DNA of 64,000 nt from Acidobacteriaceae bacterium (GCA_025462885.1 JAOAPN010000008.1:210953-274952); one strand, 5' to 3'. Counted from the stretch's first letter, positions 18,424-27,091 are shown. A program made the numbers and translations. The notes: generated from the letters alone by a model not told the origin.

Positions 18424-18506
18424 TCTTTGCTTCGGGGAAGTCCTGATGCGTACTTTACGTCAACTGGCCGCATAGCTACTGCTGAAATCGGCGAATCTGA
18501 AGTCCG

Positions 18507-18528
18507 GATTCTCTAGTCTTGATTCTCT
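18507..18528. repeat. 8-bp direct repeat x2 (GATTCTCT-6 nt-GATTCTCT) upstream of the permease-add operon
   Basis: Read directly: gattctct agtctt gattctct, 84-116 nt upstream of the TTG start at 18423. Confidence 0.5.
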
Positions 18529-18566
18529 GCGGTCCCGGCTGTTACACCGGGACCTGCTGAGTCAGA

Positions 18567-18722
18567 CTAGCGCTTGCTCTTACCGAGCGCAGCCTTCTTG
18601 ATCTTTGCCTTATTCTCGCCACGAGCGCCCGCGCGGGGTCCCTTGGCTGGTGCTGCCTTGCGTGCTGCGCGCTTTACCTTCTTGCGCTCCTGGGTATCGG
18701 TGATGCTCTTGGTATTTGCCAT
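18567..18722 (-). CDS. small Lys/Arg-rich hypothetical protein (51 aa, below the ORF-track cutoff)
   Basis: Hand translation: MANTKSITDTQERKKVKRAARKAAPAKGPRAGARGENKAKIKKAALGKSKR. Third codon positions are mostly G/C, as in neighbouring genes. Starts 45 nt after the helicase stop on the same strand and is followed by a hairpin at 18531..18554. Confidence 0.35.
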   Translation of the reverse strand: MANTKSITDTQERKKVKRAARKAAPAKGPRAGARGENKAKIKKAALGKSKR

Positions 18723-18767
18723 GATTCGTGTGCCAATCTTTCTTTAGGTGCTGATTTTTCGGAACTT

Positions 18768-21575
18768 TTACAGGCGTTCCAACTGGGCGAACTTCTCCAC
18801 CAGCTTCTTTACGCCGTGCTGTTGAAATTGTACTGTAATCTTCGCATCATCCCCGTCGCCTTCGCGACGAAACACGGTTCCTTCGCCATACTTCGGGTGC
18901 CGAACCCGCACTCCCTGCTTCAAACCGGTCTTTCCCACAGGTTCGGGGATGTCCAGCTTCTGTCGCCCAAACTTCGGCGCAGCCCCGACTTTTTGCCCGC
19001 GAGCGGCAAAAAAGTTGGCGATATTGTCCAGCGAGCCCGATCCTGAGATCCGGTTTACGCCGCCGGCCTTTGCTGCGGTTGAAGAGCCGCCGGACCCGGC
19101 TGTCTGGTCCTCGTCCTCATAGCTGTAGTGGCGCTCGCCCTGCTCGGCACCACCACGCTTCGGATAGGGAGTGGCATACGCTCCGCGTCCGCTTCCGTAC
19201 TCCGACCCTGAAAACTGCGGACGTGTCGGAGGGCTTCCCAGGTCCTCGATCAGGCGCGAAGGCACCTCTTCGAGGAAGCGCGAAGGAATCGAAGCCTCGG
19301 GCATATCGCTGCCGTAGCGACGCCGGTAGCGGGCTCGCGTCATCACCAGCGTATCCATTGCACGGGTCATCCCGACGTAGCAGAGACGCCGCTCCTCCTC
19401 GAGGCCGGTGGGATCCGTAAAGGTGCGCGAGTGAGGGAAGAGTCCCTCTTCCATTCCAGTGAGGAAGACGAGCGGAAACTCAAGCCCCTTGGCTGCGTGC
19501 AGCGTCATCAGCGTCACCCGCGCCTCGGCGGAGTAGCCGTCTGCATCGGACACCAGCGCGGCGTGGTCCAGGAACTCATGCAACGTCTCGCCGCGCTCCT
19601 GTGCGTCTTGTGCAGCGTTGGCCAGTTCTTTCAGGTTCTCGATGCGCGAGAAGCTCTCGGGCGTCGCTTCTTCTTCCAGCGACCGGATGTAGCCGCTGCG
19701 ATCGTTCAGAAACTTGATCAGCTCCGGCAGGGTGGCGGGATCTCCCGGCTTGCGGAACGCCGGCTTCTCGTCTGCCATCTTCAATTCGGCGGCCTTATCC
19801 ATCGACATCGCAGCGGACCGCTTCATGGTGGTGGAAGCGGCAGCGCCCTTCAGGACAACCGGCGCGAACGGGTTGAAGCTAACGGCATCGATTCTGTGGG
19901 CAGCATCCGAGTCTACAGAGTTCTCTGCGGCGAGCGTGGAGATCTCCTCGCTTCCGCCGAAGTCGAACCCGAAGTTAAAGCTCGTATCGAATGAGGTGTC
20001 CGCTGGCCCGGTGTCTTCCGCTTCAGCGGCAATGTCGAAACTCGTGTCTCCATCTTCCGCTTCCGAGCCACCAAGCTCCCCAATGTCGAAGGAGGCATCG
20101 CCGTCTGTGTTTTCGCCTGCGACATCCCCAGCGAGCTTCTCTGCAAACTCCGGTCCCAACATGGCGCGCGCATCTGTAATCAGTCGACGGAATCCTTCCA
20201 GGGCCGACAGCGCTCGCGCGGGCAGCAAGCGATCCTCGACAGCTTTCCCGATTGCATCCCAGGTGCTCATGCCTGACGACAGTGCCATCCGCTCCAGCGT
20301 CTCCATCGTCGTCTTGCCGATGCCCCGCGGAGGTGAGTTAACGACGCGCCCCAGAGCTACCGAGTCATGCAGGTTCGAGACCAGCTTCATGTAGCTGAGA
20401 ATGTCCTTGACCTCGGCGCGATCGTAGAAGCTGAAGCCGCCGACCATGTGGTACTTCACCTGGTAGCGGCGCAGCGCCTCTTCCACCAGGCGCGACTGCG
20501 AGTTGGTGCGATACAGCACGGCGCAGCGCGGCTCATCTTCCTGCTGCCCGGCTTCACGCAGATACTTGTTGATCCGGTCTGCGATAAACAGTGCTTCATT
20601 TTCGCCATCCGGAGCCTCGTAGAACCCGATCAGGCTGCCACCCTCGCGTGTCGTGAAAAGATTCTTCCCCTTGCGCTGCGTGTTCTGTGCAACGACCGCG
20701 CTTGCGCCTTCAAGGATGATCTGCGTCGAACGATAGTTCTGTTCCAGCCGAATCGTCTTCGCCTTGGGGAAGTCTTTTTCAAAGTCCAGAATGTTCTTGA
20801 TGTCCGCGCCGCGCCAGCTATAGATGGACTGGTCCTCATCGCCCACCACGCAGATGTTGCCATGGTCGCCGGCGAGCAGCTTCATCAGCTCGTACTGCGG
20901 GCGGTTGGTGTCCTGGTATTCGTCGATCATGACGTATCTGTAACGACGGTTGTACCTTTCTCGAACGTCGCCGTAGCCCTTCAGCAGCCGCACTGTCTCC
21001 AGCAACAGATCGTCGAAGTCCAGCGCGTTGGCCTTCGCCAGCTCCTTCTTGTAGATCTCGAAGATGTGCGCGATCTTCTCTTCCATTGGATTGGTGCTGG
21101 CGAGGAAGTACTCCTGCGGATCGATCATGTGGTTCTTCGCCCAACTGATGCGACCCAGCGCAACCCGAGGCTTCAAGCTCTTATCGTCGACTCCTAAGCG
21201 CTTCAACGCAGACTTCACCACCGCCTGCTGGTCGGTCTCATCGTAGATCGCGAATGTGCGAGTCAGCCCCACACCATTCGAGCGCATCGCCTCGATATCC
21301 CGCCGCAGCACCCGTACGCAGAAGCTGTGAAATGTAGCCAGCGTGGGCTTCGCCAGCGAGCTGTGTCCGAGGATCTTATCCACGCGCTCGGACATCTCTT
21401 TGGCGGCTTTATTCGTAAACGTCACCGCCAGAATCTGGTCCGCAGGAACCCCACGCTCCTCGATCAGATATGCGATGCGATGTGTGATGACGCGTGTCTT
21501 ACCGCTGCCTGCCCCAGCCAGCAACAACACAGGCCCATCCACGGTCTGGATGCCCTCTTGTTGCTGCGGATTCAT
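18768..21575 (-). CDS. pcrA: ATP-dependent DNA helicase, UvrD/PcrA family, with a long acidic insertion
   Basis: Walker A AGAGSGKTRV, DEYQDTN, QNYRST, C-terminal Tudor-like GVRVRHPKYGEGTVFRREG. ATG at 21575 (ORF is open to 21611). Confidence 0.93.
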   Translation of the reverse strand: MNPQQQEGIQTVDGPVLLLAGAGSGKTRVITHRIAYLIEERGVPADQILAVTFTNKAAKEMSERVDKILGHSSLAKPTLATFHSFCVRVLRRDIEAMRSNGVGLTRTFAIYDETDQQAVVKSALKRLGVDDKSLKPRVALGRISWAKNHMIDPQEYFLASTNPMEEKIAHIFEIYKKELAKANALDFDDLLLETVRLLKGYGDVRERYNRRYRYVMIDEYQDTNRPQYELMKLLAGDHGNICVVGDEDQSIYSWRGADIKNILDFEKDFPKAKTIRLEQNYRSTQIILEGASAVVAQNTQRKGKNLFTTREGGSLIGFYEAPDGENEALFIADRINKYLREAGQQEDEPRCAVLYRTNSQSRLVEEALRRYQVKYHMVGGFSFYDRAEVKDILSYMKLVSNLHDSVALGRVVNSPPRGIGKTTMETLERMALSSGMSTWDAIGKAVEDRLLPARALSALEGFRRLITDARAMLGPEFAEKLAGDVAGENTDGDASFDIGELGGSEAEDGDTSFDIAAEAEDTGPADTSFDTSFNFGFDFGGSEEISTLAAENSVDSDAAHRIDAVSFNPFAPVVLKGAAASTTMKRSAAMSMDKAAELKMADEKPAFRKPGDPATLPELIKFLNDRSGYIRSLEEEATPESFSRIENLKELANAAQDAQERGETLHEFLDHAALVSDADGYSAEARVTLMTLHAAKGLEFPLVFLTGMEEGLFPHSRTFTDPTGLEEERRLCYVGMTRAMDTLVMTRARYRRRYGSDMPEASIPSRFLEEVPSRLIEDLGSPPTRPQFSGSEYGSGRGAYATPYPKRGGAEQGERHYSYEDEDQTAGSGGSSTAAKAGGVNRISGSGSLDNIANFFAARGQKVGAAPKFGRQKLDIPEPVGKTGLKQGVRVRHPKYGEGTVFRREGDGDDAKITVQFQQHGVKKLVEKFAQLERL

Positions 21576-21818
21576 ATTTTCCAAAAGACGACTCAAGATC
21601 CCACACTCCAACTTCTATCTTAACTGTCCTGCAACACGAAGTCGAAACGACACCTGTGGCGTATCTGCAGAACGCTTAATGTTTATTTTTTTTACAACTT
21701 TCAGTGAACTTCTTTGAACGGCTCGCGTAATCACTCATGCAAGCCAAGCCGTTCTGAACCATGGCAGAACGGCTGGCCAGCCAACAGCAATAAAGGCACC
21801 ACCCAAGGAGTAGTCCCA

Positions 21819-22154
21819 ATGAACCTCATTCGTCGCTCGCTTATCTCCGTCTCCATGGTCGCCGTCTCTGTTCTCTCCGCTCCAGCGATCCACGCCGCCA
21901 CGTTCAACCCCATCCACGCCATGTTTGCCAAGGGCAAGACCATTCAGATTAGCCTGCGCAACGATACCGCGTCCGACATCCAGCTCCGCGCCGGTGATGA
22001 CGCCATGACGCTCGTAGCAGGTAAGACCCTGAGCGTGAAACTCGTTCCCGGCACTCGCATCGTAACCAGCTCGGACACCGCGACCCATAAGGCCGGCGAT
22101 CTCGTCGTCGAGGTCTCCGCCTCGCTCAATGGCGCTACCATCGCCATCCACTAA
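21819..22154 (+). CDS. small secreted protein, paralogue A
   Basis: AAGGAG 9 nt upstream of ATG 21819. Signal peptide MNLIRRSLISVSMVAVSVLSAPAIHA. Followed by an intrinsic terminator. Confidence 0.6.
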   Translation: MNLIRRSLISVSMVAVSVLSAPAIHAATFNPIHAMFAKGKTIQISLRNDTASDIQLRAGDDAMTLVAGKTLSVKLVPGTRIVTSSDTATHKAGDLVVEVSASLNGATIAIH

Positions 22155-22167
22155 ACAGTTCTCTCGA

Positions 22168-22197
22168 CCGGGCAGGGCTTTCCTGTCCGGCTTTTTT
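22168..22197 (+). terminator. intrinsic terminator of small secreted protein gene A
   Basis: CCGGGCAGG-GCTTT-CCTGTCCGG followed by CTTTTTT. Confidence 0.75.
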
Positions 22198-22338
22198 CTC
22201 TACTCCATCTCAGTGCAGACAGGCCTCCATCTACTGGAGCCCGGCCCTTGCAGTCCCATAACCGATAACCCCAGCGACGCCTCGATTCTTTGCTTCCGGC
22301 ACATCGACCCGTCGCCCAGCATGAAGGAGACGATTCCC

Positions 22339-22692
22339 ATGCGAAGCAAAATTGCCGCCGCGTCCCTGGCCCTCACCCTTGCTGCCTTCACCGTTGCTGC
22401 CTTCGCTGCATCAGCCGTGGCCGAAGCTGCGCCGCTTCCGAAGGCATTACACCTCCACCCAAGTTCTACCGACTCGCGCGTTCACTTCGTCGTCTTCAAC
22501 CGGGCAGTGCGTACCTATGAAGTTCGGATCGGCGATCAGGTCTACTCGGTCAAGCCGCACTACGTTCTCAACATCACCGCTCCAAGCGGTACCGGGGTCT
22601 ACGCCGCAACGGATATGGCAACGTATAAGAACGGGGAACTCCTGCAGGAGATCAAGGCCACCGACAAAAACAAAATGCTGGTCCTCTTCTAA
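22339..22692 (+). CDS. small secreted protein, paralogue B
   Basis: AAGGAGA upstream of ATG 22339. Signal peptide MRSKIAAASLALTLAAFTVAAFAASAVA. Mature part aligns with paralogue A. Confidence 0.6.
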   Translation: MRSKIAAASLALTLAAFTVAAFAASAVAEAAPLPKALHLHPSSTDSRVHFVVFNRAVRTYEVRIGDQVYSVKPHYVLNITAPSGTGVYAATDMATYKNGELLQEIKATDKNKMLVLF

Positions 22693-22774
22693 AGTTCCAG
22701 GACTCCATTCGTCGGCGGTTGGTTCTGGAACGCAGTGAGGACAGGGAGCTTCAGGATGAGACAATCGTCCTGAT

Positions 22775-23341
22775 ATGTCCACGCCTTCGCTTACTCCACC
22801 CTCTCGCAGCATCGCCGTCTTCTGCGCCTCCGCCGAGGGAGCTCACCCCATCTACCGCACTGTGGCGGAAGAGCTGGGCACAGCTCTCGCCACCCGGAAC
22901 ATCGGTCTCATCTATGGCGGTGCGAAGGTCGGCCTTATGCAGGCCGTTGCTGATGCTACGCTCGCTGCGGGAGGACACGTCACCGGCGTCATCCCGCATG
23001 TCCTGGTGGATCTCGAGGTCGCGCATCATGGCATCTCGCAGCTTCACGTCGTCGATACGATGCACACGCGCAAGGCCCTCATGTCAGAGAAGGCAAATGC
23101 CTTTCTCGTCCTCCCTGGCGGCTTCGGAACCCTCGAAGAGATGTTCGAGATTCTCGCCTGGCAGACGCTGAAGCTCCACTCCAAGCCAACCGTCCTGCTC
23201 AACGTGAACGGCTTCTACGATCAGCTTCTTGGCTTTCTCGACCATGCAGTCACCGAGGGCATGCTCAAATCGAAGAACCGCACCAATCTGTTCGTCGCTA
23301 CCACAGTTGACGAAGCTCTTCAGTTGCTCCAATTCGCATAG
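22775..23341 (+). CDS. LOG-family protein (TIGR00730-type nucleotide 5'-monophosphate nucleosidase)
   Basis: GGAKVGLM and PGGFGTLEE motifs. Confidence 0.9.
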   Translation: MSTPSLTPPSRSIAVFCASAEGAHPIYRTVAEELGTALATRNIGLIYGGAKVGLMQAVADATLAAGGHVTGVIPHVLVDLEVAHHGISQLHVVDTMHTRKALMSEKANAFLVLPGGFGTLEEMFEILAWQTLKLHSKPTVLLNVNGFYDQLLGFLDHAVTEGMLKSKNRTNLFVATTVDEALQLLQFA

Positions 23342-23350
23342 GGAAGATGC

Positions 23351-23390
23351 GCCGGCACAGCGCGCCTCAATTCAGGCGCGCTGTGCCGGC
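23351..23390. terminator. 17-bp perfect hairpin between the convergent LOG and DUF3050 genes
   Basis: GCCGGCACAGCGCGCCT-CAATTC-AGGCGCGCTGTGCCGGC. The right arm overlaps the last codons of the minus-strand gene. Confidence 0.5.
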
Positions 23391-24188
23391 TGTGCGGCTT
23401 TGCAGAATCGCATCCGCAACTCCGTCCCAGAGCCGTAACCGCGCTACCAGAGCTGTCTCCGCCGCGACGCTCGCTTCTTGCCACTTCACCGCGTCGTCAC
23501 CGCACAGCTCGCGAATCATCCGCAGAGCCATCGGCCCATGCTCTTCGCCATCCACCTCGATGTGCCGATCCAGATACCAGCGAAATGTAGCGAGCTTGCC
23601 CGAGAGCCGTTCATCCTGATCGCGAATGAACCCGCGGAACATATCCGGAATCAAGTCTTCGCGGCCAAACGTAAATGCCGCGGCTGTCGCGTGGAGCTTG
23701 CCCGCTGCGATGCAGGCGAAGGTGCTGCGTACGAAGTCCTGTGCAGCTCGCGTCGCTCCACTCTGCGATAGCGCCTTCGAAAGATCCGTACCGCTGCCCA
23801 GCGCCCGCAGCAGGTTGTCGATCGCGAAGGTATCCGCTCCGCATTCGCGCATGGCCTTCAGATAAAGCTCGTAGTGACTCAGCGCAACTCCGCGGTACTC
23901 GTCGCTCTCCTCGCCCAGCACAATCTCGTTTACCAGGCGGCGGCTCTCGGGAAATTTGCTCGGCACCCACGGCACCGTCACGCAGGTCAGGCCCTGCTGC
24001 AGGACCTTCAGCAGCGACATGAAGTCCCACACGGCGAATACATGAGACTCCATGAATAGCCGCACGTCCTCAACCGTCTCGAAGGTGGTGTAGAGCCTGT
24101 GCTTCGCCAATTGTGCGTACAGAGGCTGCAGCCGCTCTACCAGTGCCGCTAACTCCTCAGAAATTCCAACTGCCTCGACTCCACTCAC
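23367..24188 (-). CDS. DUF3050-type (haem-oxygenase-like fold) protein
   Basis: HVFAVWDFMSLLKVLQ and SHYELYLKAM match my recollection of the DUF3050 family. GTG 24188 overlaps the upstream stop as GTGA (ORF is open to 24218). Confidence 0.65.
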   Translation of the reverse strand: MSGVEAVGISEELAALVERLQPLYAQLAKHRLYTTFETVEDVRLFMESHVFAVWDFMSLLKVLQQGLTCVTVPWVPSKFPESRRLVNEIVLGEESDEYRGVALSHYELYLKAMRECGADTFAIDNLLRALGSGTDLSKALSQSGATRAAQDFVRSTFACIAAGKLHATAAAFTFGREDLIPDMFRGFIRDQDERLSGKLATFRWYLDRHIEVDGEEHGPMALRMIRELCGDDAVKWQEASVAAETALVARLRLWDGVADAILQSRTAGTARLN

Positions 24189-24628
24189 GCCTTCGTCCCC
24201 TCTCGCTTCGTAAGACACGCATCACAATGGCAGACCCGTCGTAGATACTCCCAGCTATAGATTCCCGCTTCGTGTCCATCATTCCACTTGAACTTCACGG
24301 CATACTTCCCCACGGGTGTGACCTCAACAGGACGAGGCGGAGCTTCGTACAGCATCAACAGAGCCTGCGCTTTGGGCTTTGCCGCACCCGGTTTGCGCCC
24401 GGACTTGTCGCGCTCCTCATGGCAGGTCGCGCAGGGACACGCATTCCGCAGCCAGGCGAAGGTCCAGGCACTCTTGTGACCGTCCTTCCAGTCGATCTCG
24501 ACACCGGTACCTTCCGTCTTCATCACGCGGATCTTCTGGGGGGTTACTGCCGCGATTGGCAGCTTCTCGTCTGCCAGGTCGCGCTGCGCCTCTTCGGTAC
24601 TTACGATTCGTATTCCTTCATGACTCAT
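24185..24628 (-). CDS. DUF971 (gamma-butyrobetaine hydroxylase N-terminal-like) domain protein
   Basis: Two Cys-containing repeats: IDWKDGHKSAWTFAWLRNACPCATC and FKWNDGHEAGIYSWEYLRRVCHCDAC. Confidence 0.7.
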   Translation of the reverse strand: MSHEGIRIVSTEEAQRDLADEKLPIAAVTPQKIRVMKTEGTGVEIDWKDGHKSAWTFAWLRNACPCATCHEERDKSGRKPGAAKPKAQALLMLYEAPPRPVEVTPVGKYAVKFKWNDGHEAGIYSWEYLRRVCHCDACLTKREGTKA

Positions 24629-24680
24629 CGTCCCAACTCCTGTTCTCTATTCCAACTTCAGTGGCTGCAGCGGACTCACG

Positions 24681-25460
24681 CTAGCCGTTTCTCCAGAAGA
24701 AGTAGCCTGCGATCACGACTCCGGTTACGACCACGATCGTACGCAGCACCTCGGCGTTCATTCTGCGCGCATACTGCGCTCCAACGTAGCCGCCGATACC
24801 CGCAAACACCATCGACACCAGGCAGTAGTGCCACACAATCGCGCCACTGAAGATAAATGTCACCACGGCACTCAGATTCGACACGCAGGCGGCCGTGACC
24901 TTCAACGCGTTCAACTCATACATCTTCTCGACGCCGAACAGTGCCAGCGCCGTCATGATGAGGAACCCTGCGCCGGCTCCGAAGTAGCCGATGTAAAAGC
25001 ACACCGGAAACAGGACGATTGCCAATGGGACAATCGGGATCGGACGCTCGCCGTGGGCATGGCTCGATCGCGCTTTCAACCACCGCGACACCGGCCCGCT
25101 GATCCCGAAGAGCAGGGAAGCGACCAGCAGCAGCCATGGCACCAGGTGCATGAACGTCACCTGCTTCGTCTTCAGCAGCACCACCGCTCCGCTCACTCCG
25201 CCCAGCACCGACATCGCGAGTACGACCGGGAGCAGATCCCGCCGCAGGTCCTTCCAAAGCGCGGCCACGCTGGTCAATTGTCCTGGCCACAACGCAACGG
25301 TGTTTGTCGCATTCGCCTGGATGGGCGGAATCCCGATGGCAAGCATCGCTGGAAATGAGATGAAAGAGCCGCCGCCCGCCATGGCGTTCATGACGCCGGC
25401 GATAAAAGAGGCTGCCACCAGCCAGAGGTAATGCCAGTGCGTATTGAGGCTGGAGAGCAT
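24681..25460 (-). CDS. TauE/SafE (TSUP) family anion-exporter-like membrane protein
   Basis: Multi-TM ORF with the two glycine-rich segments MAGGGSFISFP and GYFGAGAGFLIM. ATG at 25460. Confidence 0.85.
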   Translation of the reverse strand: MLSSLNTHWHYLWLVAASFIAGVMNAMAGGGSFISFPAMLAIGIPPIQANATNTVALWPGQLTSVAALWKDLRRDLLPVVLAMSVLGGVSGAVVLLKTKQVTFMHLVPWLLLVASLLFGISGPVSRWLKARSSHAHGERPIPIVPLAIVLFPVCFYIGYFGAGAGFLIMTALALFGVEKMYELNALKVTAACVSNLSAVVTFIFSGAIVWHYCLVSMVFAGIGGYVGAQYARRMNAEVLRTIVVVTGVVIAGYFFWRNG

Positions 25461-25518
25461 GCTCTCTCTATTGTAATGATTGCCGGAATGCCGCAGGACT
25501 GGTGTCGTTTGCACAACC

Positions 25519-26304
25519 TCAACCGGCTCCGACTGGCATCTCCGGAGTCGCCGCAATCAACATCCTCGTATAGGCCTCACGAGGGGACTCGCAGACCGCC
25601 AGAGCGTCCCCCATCTCGACAAGTCTCCCACGCTGCATTACTGCCACCCGGTCACAGAGATAGCGCACCAGCGGCATCGAGTGCGAGATAAACAAATAGG
25701 TCAGCCCATGGACTCGCTGCAACTCCTTCAGCAGATTCACGACCTGTGCGCCAACCGAAACATCAAGCGCGCTCACCGGCTCATCCAGCACCACGAACTC
25801 CGGCCTTAGCGCCAGTGCCCGCGCGATATTGATCCGTTGCCGCTGCCCTCCGCTAAACTCGTGGGGATACCGCTCCAGTGCGCTTTCGTCCAGCCCGACC
25901 TCTCGCAGCATCTCGCCCATCGGTCGTACCGCGACGTGGTGGATGGCAAAAGGCTCCGCCAGAATCTCCCGCACCCGCATCTTCGGATTCAGCGCTGCAT
26001 ACGGATCCTGGAACACCACCTGCATCCTCCGCCGCATCGCCCTCATCTCGCTGCCACTTGCTGCCAGCACGTCTACGCCGCCGTACCGGACCGATCCCGC
26101 CGTCGGCTCAACCAGCCGCAGCAGCATTCGCGCCACGGTACTCTTGCCGCACCCCGACTCTCCTACCAGCCCCAGGGTCTCGCCGCGCCGGATGGTGAAA
26201 GAAACATCGTTCACGACACGTGCCCGACCGTTGCCACCGGCGTACTCCTTCACCAAACCCTCAGCCTCGACCAGCACCTCAGTATCCAAAATATCCATCG
26301 ACAT
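25519..26304 (-). CDS. orphan ABC transporter ATP-binding protein (DppF/OppF-like)
   Basis: Walker A GESGCGKST, signature FSGGQRQR, Walker B VVLDEPVSALD. No permease or binding-protein gene nearby. Confidence 0.9.
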   Translation of the reverse strand: MSMDILDTEVLVEAEGLVKEYAGGNGRARVVNDVSFTIRRGETLGLVGESGCGKSTVARMLLRLVEPTAGSVRYGGVDVLAASGSEMRAMRRRMQVVFQDPYAALNPKMRVREILAEPFAIHHVAVRPMGEMLREVGLDESALERYPHEFSGGQRQRINIARALALRPEFVVLDEPVSALDVSVGAQVVNLLKELQRVHGLTYLFISHSMPLVRYLCDRVAVMQRGRLVEMGDALAVCESPREAYTRMLIAATPEMPVGAG

Positions 26305-26356
26305 AGCCGGATGGTAGCATCCAAAAACAGCACCTTCACCCAGGAAAACATCCAGC

Positions 26357-27085
26357 ATGAACATTCCCTCTACCCTGACAGGCAAAGTAGTTCTCATCAC
26401 CGGAGCCAGCGCGGGCATCGGCCACGCCACCGCTCTCGCCTTCGCCCGTCAGGGAGCCCACCTCGTGGTCACCGCCCGTCGCGCCGATCGCCTCGAAGCT
26501 CTCTGCGCCCAGATCCAGGCGTCAGGTGGCAAAGCCGCCTTCCACGCTGGAGACGCTGCGGAAGAAACCACCGCCCAGCAGGCTGTAAGCCTGTCTCTCG
26601 AAACCTTCGACAAGCTCGATATCCTCATCAACAACGCCGGCGCAGGTAACTATAAGAATCTCGTTGATACGTCCGCTGCTGATTACGACGCGCTGATGAA
26701 CGCCAACATGCGCTCCAGCTTCCTCTTTGCTCGATACGCCGTGCCGCACATGATCGCGCAGCGCAGCGGTATCGTCCAGTTCATCTCTTCCGTCGCCGGA
26801 TTGCAGGGAACCGCTGGGGAAGCCGTCTACTGCGCCACCAAGTTTGCGCAGGTAGGCTTCGCCCAGGCGCTTGACGCTGAACTTCGCAAACACGGCATCA
26901 ACGTTGGGGTGATCTGCCCCGGCGGCACCAAGACCGAGTTCGCCCTCGACAAGGGCCGCACCGAGGAGTACATCCGCAACTCCCACATGATGCGCCCGGA
27001 GGACGTAGCCGACACCATCGTCTATGCCTGCTCCCAGCCTCCCAACACCCGCATTTCGCAGATGACCGTCCGCCACATGGGCTAG
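26357..27085 (+). CDS. SDR-family oxidoreductase
   Basis: ITGASAGIGHA and YCATKFA (YxxxK). Confidence 0.9.
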   Translation: MNIPSTLTGKVVLITGASAGIGHATALAFARQGAHLVVTARRADRLEALCAQIQASGGKAAFHAGDAAEETTAQQAVSLSLETFDKLDILINNAGAGNYKNLVDTSAADYDALMNANMRSSFLFARYAVPHMIAQRSGIVQFISSVAGLQGTAGEAVYCATKFAQVGFAQALDAELRKHGINVGVICPGGTKTEFALDKGRTEEYIRNSHMMRPEDVADTIVYACSQPPNTRISQMTVRHMG

Positions 27086-27091
27086 TCCAGC

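Noticed and set aside
18424-18566. Purine or nucleoside riboswitch in the leader of the permease-adenosine deaminase operon.
   Set aside because: The minus-strand leader lacks the conserved purine-riboswitch segments (UAUA...GGAUAUGGC...UUUCUACC...CCGUAAA...GACUA). Only a direct repeat and a terminator hairpin were found.
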